Part shown: positions 57,528 to 64,000 of the stretch, in pieces
Position numbering within the stretch: position 1 is the first letter of the stretch
Layout: every line of letters starts with the position of its first letter
Source: Verrucomicrobiota bacterium
Lineage (GTDB): Bacteria; Verrucomicrobiota; Verrucomicrobiia; Opitutales; Cerasicoccaceae
Reading direction: 5' to 3'
DNA length: 64,000 bases
NCBI GenBank assembly: GCA_039818205.1
Contig: JBCBUK010000004.1
Span: forward strand, 40,302-104,301
Notes under the pieces: model-generated
The model's database searches: none
What the model saw: the letters and a program-made list of their open reading frames with translations, nothing else
What the model was told of the DNA's origin: nothing
Position numbers and translations under genes: made by a program

Positions 57528-59189
57528 TTAGGGGGTCTTCGGTGCTCTCGAATGAGGCCTTGCCTCTAGGAGTAGCGTGGCGACTAGCATTGCGGCTGCT
57601 AGCCACAATATCCAATTCCCGAATTTTGTGTAAAAAGTCATTTGCTGCTGCCAGCCTGGGTCAGCAGAGAGTTCAAACGTGGCACTTCCTTGCAGGTAAA
57701 CCAGGCCATCGTCTCCTGTGAGCACATCGCGTACATTGCCGTATTCATCAATCCATCCGCTCCACCCATGATTGCCACAACGAACGACAGGTCGCCGGGT
57801 TTCCACTGCCCGGAGCACGGAATGCGCGGCATGCTGATAGGCACCCGCTTCTTCGCCGTACCAGCCATCGTTGGTCACGACGACGATGAAATCGGCTCCT
57901 TCCTGAACGACTTTTCGGCCCAGATGTGCAAAGATATCTTCGTAGCAGATCAACGGTCCGGCATTTAGGGTCTTGTCTCCAACCGCAACTGGCAGAGGGC
58001 GAGAGTGATCACCTGGTCGCAAGTCAATCTGTAATGGCACGACTGTACCAATGAAGAACAGGATTTTGCGCATGGGAATATATTCGCCGAAAGGAACCAG
58101 TCGACGTTTGGCATAGCGCCCCGGCTGGAGGCCCGTATCAGGTGCCACGTAGAAAACCGCGTTTTCCCAGCCGGTTTCGAATTCTCCTAACGCTCCCGTG
58201 ATTAACGGGGTTCCGGTTTCTGCGACGCGTTGTTCCACCCATTCCTGCATGCCATTGTCATTTGGGCTGATGATGGGGAGCGGTGTTGCCGCCTCGGGCC
58301 AGAGGATTAGGTCTGGGGAGGGTTTGCTCAACGAGGCTCGTTCATTCTCTTGCGCGAGAACCGTCAATATCTCGAAAAACATCTCCTGATCCCATTTCAG
58401 ATTGGCCGGGATCCACGGTTGAACGGCCGCAACATTGATTAGCGGCTCACGAGTTGCAGCTCGCGAGAAGCTGTTGATGTAGATCCAGACCGAAATAAAC
58501 ACCATCGCTAGAGCCAGGTAGAATTCCGGGCAGAAGCGCCATCTTAGTTTTAAGCGCGACCGAAGCGGTGGAATACTTGCCGGCTCTTCTTCGTTGGTTG
58601 GGGCAGCTTCTGGTTCAGTCGATCGGAATATCCGCTGAACATACATCGCCAGCGTGAGATTGAAAAAGATCAGGATGAATGAAACGCCGTAGAATCCGGC
58701 GAATTCGGCGCTTTGCAACATTGCCGGACGGAGCCATTGGCTTGCTGCCAAGGGGAGCCAGGGAAAGCCGGTTAACAGCCAGGTGCGCAACCATTCCAGC
58801 AGGATCCAGGCACCGGCAATGCCGCCAAGAAGCAACACGCGGCGGAGGAATGGTTTGTCTGGGCTGTCGGGCAGCAGCTTTCGCGCGATTAGAAACCAGG
58901 CCGTGGGGAAAAGTGCTAGCACTGCGGAAAGAATTAGTCCTCCGACCCATCCCCAGGGTGGATATACGTGTCGCAGCCAGATCAGGATAACAAACCAGCT
59001 CAGCCAGCTTCCCAGGAAAGTGCAGGTAATGAATCTGCGTCGAGACGGTCGGCCAAATGCCCACAGCAACATGGGAAGAGCAAAAATGTAACCGGCTTCG
59101 GCGACATTCAGCGGAGGAAACGCGGCAAAGTGCAAAAACGCCGTCCCCAGAGTTGCGGCTATTCCAATAAACCAGGGAGAGGGCTTCAT
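57528..59189 (-). CDS. lnt: Apolipoprotein N-acyltransferase
   Basis: EWLR.W.LTGFPW, WPEA (Glu), Y.K..LVPFGEY.P (Lys), ICYED.F (Cys), TNDGW, RAVETRR, TFY...G.W. Confidence 0.95.
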   Translation of the reverse strand: MKPSPWFIGIAATLGTAFLHFAAFPPLNVAEAGYIFALPMLLWAFGRPSRRRFITCTFLGSWLSWFVILIWLRHVYPPWGWVGGLILSAVLALFPTAWFLIARKLLPDSPDKPFLRRVLLLGGIAGAWILLEWLRTWLLTGFPWLPLAASQWLRPAMLQSAEFAGFYGVSFILIFFNLTLAMYVQRIFRSTEPEAAPTNEEEPASIPPLRSRLKLRWRFCPEFYLALAMVFISVWIYINSFSRAATREPLINVAAVQPWIPANLKWDQEMFFEILTVLAQENERASLSKPSPDLILWPEAATPLPIISPNDNGMQEWVEQRVAETGTPLITGALGEFETGWENAVFYVAPDTGLQPGRYAKRRLVPFGEYIPMRKILFFIGTVVPLQIDLRPGDHSRPLPVAVGDKTLNAGPLICYEDIFAHLGRKVVQEGADFIVVVTNDGWYGEEAGAYQHAAHSVLRAVETRRPVVRCGNHGWSGWIDEYGNVRDVLTGDDGLVYLQGSATFELSADPGWQQQMTFYTKFGNWILWLAAAMLVATLLLEARPHSRAPKTP

Positions 59190-59198
59190 CAGGCGGAG

Positions 59199-59714
59199 CT
59201 AGTTGCCCTCCGCGCTTGGGAAAGCAGCCAATACGGCGCTGACCTGCGGTCGAAGCACGGCTAGATTGCCGTTGCGGTCGGAAACCGGCCCATTCGCGGA
59301 CCAATCGGGGTTGCCAACGGGGCCAGCGTTCACGATCAGGAAGCTTGCATTTTTGGAGTGGTCCATTCCGGAAGCATTGGCGCCTACGACAACCTTGTTT
59401 TGGCCCAAGACCTTTTCGGAGGTCCACTGACAGGTGACTAGGAAATCAGCTGAGGAGGGGAGGGAGGCTTTTTCGTATCCTTTGCTCGTAAGGATCTCGC
59501 CGACGATATCCAAAATTTTTGAATTGTTGAATTTCGCGACTGGGCGCTGGGTGTTTACGACCTCAATTTCGGGCGATATGTAAAAGCGCTTCTGGTTGGC
59601 GAGTTTTGCGGAATGGGCAGCGTCCGTCGAGACGTCAACATTTTCGCACCCGGAGAGCAGGGCGACCACGAAGATTAAGGCCGAGGTGATCCAGAAGTGG
59701 CAAAGCGTGGGCAT
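59199..59714 (-). CDS. Lipoprotein, DUF4136-like
   Basis: LLSGC lipobox; L..KGY......ADFLV; ends V..VL..FP. Confidence 0.6.
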   Translation of the reverse strand: MPTLCHFWITSALIFVVALLSGCENVDVSTDAAHSAKLANQKRFYISPEIEVVNTQRPVAKFNNSKILDIVGEILTSKGYEKASLPSSADFLVTCQWTSEKVLGQNKVVVGANASGMDHSKNASFLIVNAGPVGNPDWSANGPVSDRNGNLAVLRPQVSAVLAAFPSAEGN

Positions 59715-59826
59715 GCTCCAAGAAAATCTTCGCCTGCTTCAGGTTTGCAATGCCATTTTCTTGATTGTAGTTATTTTGTTGTCGGATGAAACTTTCGGGT
59801 GCTTTCGAAGGTTAACCCAAGATGAC

Positions 59827-61326
59827 ATGAGTGTCATTTTTCAAGATATGACTCCACAACAGGCCTGGGAACCGCTGCCAGACATGCTTTGGAATGCGGA
59901 TTCGGCCGCTCACCTGCTTCGGCGGATTGGTTTTTCCGCGCGACCGGCTGACATCCAGCGAGCGCTGGTTGCTGGTCCTCGAGAGACGGTTGATCAAGCG
60001 TTTTCGGGCGTTGATTTTGATGTTCCTTCGAAAACCTGGGATGCCCATTTGGAGGTGCAATACCTCCGTCGGCAAATGCGCAACAAAGACCCCGAAGAGC
60101 GCCGCGCGCTCCAGCGGAAGGTGCAGAAGGCCATCCGCGAAGCCTATAACGAGTTTGCCATGGACTGGTTGGAGTTTGCCCGCAAGCCGGAGGCTTCCGC
60201 CCAGGAGAAGTATGTGCTGTTTCTGGAGAGCATATTTGTGGTGTCCAGCAACAAGGTGAGAAACGCGGGCATGATTTATGACCATGGAAACCTCCTTCGC
60301 CGCGAGGGCTTTGATAGCTACGTCGATCTCGTAAAGTCCATAAGCCGATCGCCCGCGATGATCCAATACCTGGACCTTCAACAAAGCCAGAAGAAGGCGC
60401 CAAACGAAAATTTTGCCCGCGAGCTGATGGAGTTGTTCACCCTGGGCGAAGGCAACTACACCGAGAAAGATATCAAAGAAGCCGCGCGGGCGTTCACCGG
60501 TTATGGCTACCGCTCTTCCGAGCATTATTTTTCTGAATACCGCTTTACCTCAAATCGCTACGATAGCGGGAAGAAAACCGTTTTCGGCAATTCCGGCCGA
60601 TGGAATGGTGACGAGGTAATCGAGATGGTGTTTGAACAGCCCGGTGCCAAGACGTTTATGCCACGGGAGCTCTGTCTGTATTATCTCAGTGAAACCCCAC
60701 TTCCAGAAGAGATTTTGCGGCCGCTTGGAGAGTCGTGGGCCCGTCAGGACTTTGATCAGGAGTGGTTACTTCGGAAGTTGTTTACGAGTCGTATTTTTTA
60801 CGCGGAACAGTTTCGGGGGAATCTTATCAAGTCGCCCTTCCATTTCTATATTGGGCTTTGCCAAGATTTGAACTTGGACGTTTTGCCAGTGCCGACTCGT
60901 CTGATTGGTCAGTTTCGTAACATGGGGCAGGATTTTCAAAATCCTCCGAATGTTCGCGGCTGGCTTGGAGGAAAGCACTGGATAACTTCTTCAACGCTAT
61001 CTGCCCGTCAGCTCATGGCGCGCAACCTCTTGTATCCGCCAAAGGAAGACCGCTACAATGCGGATGAACGGATGCGCTTGGAGGAGGCACGTGACGATGG
61101 CAAGGGGCCGTTTGCGGTGCAGCCTGATATGATCCAGCCGTGGCTGAAGCGTGATAACGATGAGCTGGTGGAAATCCTCTGTCGGTATTTCTTGCCCCAG
61201 CCCCCATCGCCATCGTTCAAATCCAAACTCGTGGCGCATGTCGATGTTGCCGAAAAGTATCGTTACGAGCGTGTCCGCCAGGCGCTTCTAGCGCTTCTGC
61301 AATCACCAGTCTATCAACTTTCTTAA
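59827..61326 (+). CDS. DUF1800 family protein
   Basis: AAHLLRRIGF, PAM..YLD, PNENFARELMELFTLG.GNYTE.DI.E.ARAFTG, IKSP, PPNVRGW, L.SP.YQL. Confidence 0.88.
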   Translation: MSVIFQDMTPQQAWEPLPDMLWNADSAAHLLRRIGFSARPADIQRALVAGPRETVDQAFSGVDFDVPSKTWDAHLEVQYLRRQMRNKDPEERRALQRKVQKAIREAYNEFAMDWLEFARKPEASAQEKYVLFLESIFVVSSNKVRNAGMIYDHGNLLRREGFDSYVDLVKSISRSPAMIQYLDLQQSQKKAPNENFARELMELFTLGEGNYTEKDIKEAARAFTGYGYRSSEHYFSEYRFTSNRYDSGKKTVFGNSGRWNGDEVIEMVFEQPGAKTFMPRELCLYYLSETPLPEEILRPLGESWARQDFDQEWLLRKLFTSRIFYAEQFRGNLIKSPFHFYIGLCQDLNLDVLPVPTRLIGQFRNMGQDFQNPPNVRGWLGGKHWITSSTLSARQLMARNLLYPPKEDRYNADERMRLEEARDDGKGPFAVQPDMIQPWLKRDNDELVEILCRYFLPQPPSPSFKSKLVAHVDVAEKYRYERVRQALLALLQSPVYQLS

Positions 61327-61339
61327 GGAGAGCCTATCC

Positions 61340-62584
61340 ATGAATAATTGCCACACACCGCTAGCCGTGACCCGCCGAGATTTTTTAAAAGGTTCAATGG
61401 GCGGACTGGGAATGGTCGCCTTTAGCGGCTTCGCTCCAAGTTTCTTGGTCTCAACGGCTCAGGCCGGTGTCGCCGCTCCAGAAACGGGCCGCCAGATCCT
61501 GGTCTTAGTTCAATTGGCTGGCGGAAATGATGGCCTCAATACCTGCATCCCGTTCCAAAACGATGAGTACTATCGATTGCGTCCAGATTTGGCCATAAAA
61601 GAAGGACGCCGAAAGCTTACGGATGAGTTGGCCTTACACCCGTCCTGCGAAGGAATGGAACGGCTTTGGAAGGAGGGCGATCTTAGCATTATCCAGAATG
61701 TTGGTTATCCGAACCCCAATCGCAGCCACTTTCGCTCAACCGAGATCTGGGAGACGGCCACCGATAGCGATGTGATCGGATCAACCGGTTGGATAGGTCG
61801 TTACCTTGACAACAACTGCAACGGCGCGGGTCATAGCAATGACCCAGATCTCTTGCATATTGGTGACGAGCTTCCGGGGCACTTTATGGCTGACGAGATC
61901 CATTCGGTGTTTGGATTGCCAGGACGTGGCCGCATGCGCTCAAAGAGTAAGAGTGAGCTCGCCTTACTCGAGGAATTGACCGCGGCGCCCGCAAGTACCG
62001 AAAGCGGGAATTATCTCCAGCATATGATCATGGACTCGATCGTGACGGAGAAGCGGGTGCAACAGATCGTCGATAAATACAAGCCCCAGGCAACTTACCC
62101 TGGCAACAACCTCGGGCGGTCGTTGAACAAGATTGCGGCAATGGTGGCTGCTAACATGGAGACACGCATTTTCTTTGTTTCCCAGGGCGGATACGATACC
62201 CATGCGAACCAGCTTGGCGGACATGCCTCTCGATTGACTGAACTGTCCACGGCGCTTGCTGCGTTTCAGCAGGACTTGAAGCGCCACAAACTCGATGATC
62301 AGGTGTTAACGGTTGTATTCTCCGAGTTTGGCCGGCGGCCCAATCAGAATGGCAGCAAAGGAACCGACCACGGAACTGCGGCACCGTTATTTGTCATGGG
62401 TGGCTCCGTCGAAAACAATTTGATTGGTCAAGGGCCTGATTTGGTGAACCTGAAAAACAAGGACCTCCAACACCAAATTGACTTCCGACAAGTCTACTCG
62501 ACGATTATTCAGAATTGGTTGCGAGCCGATCCGAAGGCGGTGCTTGGCGGAAGCTTTTCCACGCTGCCGTTTCTGCGGGCTTGA
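61340..62584 (+). CDS. DUF1501 family protein with Tat signal
   Basis: TRRDFLK twin-arginine motif; L.GGNDGLN, YY.LRP, GYPNPNRSHF.S..IW, GGYDTH..Q, FSEFGRR, GTDHG, DFRQVY; AAGGAG RBS. Confidence 0.9.
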   Translation: MNNCHTPLAVTRRDFLKGSMGGLGMVAFSGFAPSFLVSTAQAGVAAPETGRQILVLVQLAGGNDGLNTCIPFQNDEYYRLRPDLAIKEGRRKLTDELALHPSCEGMERLWKEGDLSIIQNVGYPNPNRSHFRSTEIWETATDSDVIGSTGWIGRYLDNNCNGAGHSNDPDLLHIGDELPGHFMADEIHSVFGLPGRGRMRSKSKSELALLEELTAAPASTESGNYLQHMIMDSIVTEKRVQQIVDKYKPQATYPGNNLGRSLNKIAAMVAANMETRIFFVSQGGYDTHANQLGGHASRLTELSTALAAFQQDLKRHKLDDQVLTVVFSEFGRRPNQNGSKGTDHGTAAPLFVMGGSVENNLIGQGPDLVNLKNKDLQHQIDFRQVYSTIIQNWLRADPKAVLGGSFSTLPFLRA

Positions 62585-62648
62585 GATATTGGCGGCTCTG
62601 GGAGCAGCGCGTCGAACCTGGCGTCCATTTAGCAGTCGGGTGTCTGGC

Positions 62649-62753
62649 TGTTCGTAAAATGTACGGCATGTGGCTTACTGTTCATATAATGCTCAACTGA
62701 GTGGCTGGTAGGTTTTTGGTCGGGAGAAAGTGAAATATTTTAAAACGTTGTTT
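62649..62753 (+). promoter_or_regulatory. Putative enhancer-binding-protein boxes plus IHF-like site
   Basis: TGTTCgtaaaatGTACG (62649-62665) and TGTTCatataatGCTCA (62679-62695), 30 bp apart. Minus-strand AAACAACGTTTTA (62741-62753) matches WATCAANNNNTTR with one mismatch. Confidence 0.45.
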
Positions 62754-62794
62754 ATAAGTGTTTTAAGAATTTTTTGTGTTCAATTACTCGGTCT

Positions 62795-62810
62795 TGGCAC
62801 GGGCATGGCA
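62795..62810 (+). promoter_or_regulatory. Sigma54 (RpoN) -24/-12 promoter
   Basis: TGGCACG-ggca-TGGCA against consensus TGGCACG-N4-TTGCW (one mismatch); exact GG-N10-GC spacing; predicted TSS about 62821. Confidence 0.7.
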
Positions 62811-62821
62811 ATAGAGAGGGC

Positions 62822-64000
62822 ATGGACAGAACACATGCTTCCTCTCATTCAGTTTCATTTGTCTTCGTGTCACTCATTGCGGTCGGGGTCACTTGGCTGA
62901 CGCTGCGCCTTCGTTCCGTTTCCGGCGGCTTCTCGATCCTGGTCGCTTCTACGGTGTTGGGGGTGGGCTACATCGGATTCTTGGTGGATTCGCACCGGCG
63001 TTCTCGCGGGATGACTTGGACACAGACCATTGGCTTCTGGCTGATGCGCCTTGTAGTGCTCCTGCGCTACCGAGTCGTCGTTCACGGGCAGGAGAATCTG
63101 CCGCAGGACCAGCGGGTACTGATCATCGCTAACCATGTCTCTTATGCCGACGCGGTGATTATGGGCGTTAGCTTGCCGCGGCACTTGCGCTTCCTGGGGA
63201 ATGCCAAGCTGTGCCAGCGGCCAATCCTTGGTCGCCTTTTCAAGATTGCCGGTGTTGTTCCCGTGAGTCCGGAGAAAGCCCGGTCAGCGATTCGGACCTC
63301 GGTCGCCTGCCTGGAACAGGAGGAAGCCATGGTCATCTTTCCGGAGGGCCATCTGACGCGTGACGGTGACGTTGCCCCGTTCCAGGATGGATTTCGTCTG
63401 ATTGCCCGGCGGGCGAACGCTCCAGTGGTCCCGGTTTACCTTGACGGTTTGTGGGGCTCGATTTTCAGTTTCAAGGGTGGACGATTCTTTTGGAAATGGC
63501 CACAGTTTACCCGACGCACCGTTCATATTCGAATCGGCCAACCCATACCCACTGACATGTCTGCCGCAGATGCCCGCCAACTTGTTCTCGATCACGGAGT
63601 CGACGCCTTCCAACAGCGCTCGGAATTGAAAGGGCATTTGGGTGCCCACACGGTTGAGAGCTTACTCAAGCAAGGCAGCGAAGTTGTCGTGGTCGATCAC
63701 TCGATGGCTGAACCAAAAGAGATGAAGGCTAACGTTCTTGCCTCAGCCGCTTTGAATCTCTCCAAGGTAATTCGCGAGCAGTGTCCTGAGAAGCGGGTTG
63801 GGATAGTTCTTCCGCCGAGCCTCGGGGGCATTTTAACCAATCTCGCCGTTTGCTTGGCGGATAAGACTCCGGTGAACCTGAACTTTACCTTGGGCAAAGC
63901 GGCACTTGAGCGCTGCTTCGAGAAAGCGGAATTGAAAACAGTGATCACTGCGGCACCTGTCCGGACACAGGTCGACGGTCGAATGCCCGGTTTCCCATGG
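62822..64000 (+). CDS. aas: Aas-like bifunctional lysophospholipid acyltransferase / acyl-ACP synthetase (3' truncated by window)
   Basis: My translation is open from ATG 62822 to the window end: two TM-like segments, PlsC motifs NHVSYAD and IFPEG..TR.G, LWGSIFS, then the start of an AMP-binding domain (VGIVLPPS...N.A.....TPVNLNFT). Not in the ORF track because there is no stop. Confidence 0.85.
   Translation, partial: MDRTHASSHSVSFVFVSLIAVGVTWLTLRLRSVSGGFSILVASTVLGVGYIGFLVDSHRRSRGMTWTQTIGFWLMRLVVLLRYRVVVHGQENLPQDQRVLIIANHVSYADAVIMGVSLPRHLRFLGNAKLCQRPILGRLFKIAGVVPVSPEKARSAIRTSVACLEQEEAMVIFPEGHLTRDGDVAPFQDGFRLIARRANAPVVPVYLDGLWGSIFSFKGGRFFWKWPQFTRRTVHIRIGQPIPTDMSAADARQLVLDHGVDAFQQRSELKGHLGAHTVESLLKQGSEVVVVDHSMAEPKEMKANVLASAALNLSKVIREQCPEKRVGIVLPPSLGGILTNLAVCLADKTPVNLNFTLGKAALERCFEKAELKTVITAAPVRTQVDGRMPGFPW

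Noticed and set aside
1..64000. CRISPR arrays, tRNA/rRNA, IS elements, defence systems
   Set aside because: None seen. Nearly all sequence is explained by CDSs, and the gaps show no repeat-spacer or cloverleaf patterns on manual reading.

Overview
A 64-kb housekeeping chromosomal segment, probably from a member of Verrucomicrobiota (Opitutia-like). That assignment is inferred from the MurC-MurB fusion, the LysM gene between murD and ftsW, and the FtsZ C-terminus. In order, the window holds: a dcw cluster (3' end of ftsI, murE, murF, mraY, murD, LysM lipoprotein, ftsW, murG, murC-murB fusion, ddl, ftsQ, ftsA, ftsZ); uup; holB; hemF-hemE-hemL; a 630-bp AT-rich gap with a candidate small RNA; a CPA2/RCK-C antiporter; a TPR-LysM lipoprotein; a cysteine desulfurase; fabV; cysC-cysD-cysN; a fused hydantoinase/oxoprolinase overlapping a Zn-dependent histone-deacetylase-family gene, followed by a 52%-lysine histone-H1-like gene; an aminotransferase; argA; xerD; an S8 protease; an NCS2 permease; oleA-oleB; Ste24; hemW; lnt between two lipoproteins; DUF1800-DUF1501; and the 5' part of an aas-like gene behind a sigma54-type promoter. 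I saw no tRNA, rRNA, CRISPR array, transposase or phage genes. The most notable observations are the HDAC beside the H1-like lysine polymer (a possible acetylation-controlled nucleoid module), an FtsZ lacking the catalytic T7-loop aspartate, the candidate sRNA, and repeated leaderless promoter architecture. All calls come from motif recognition by eye; no database searches were run.
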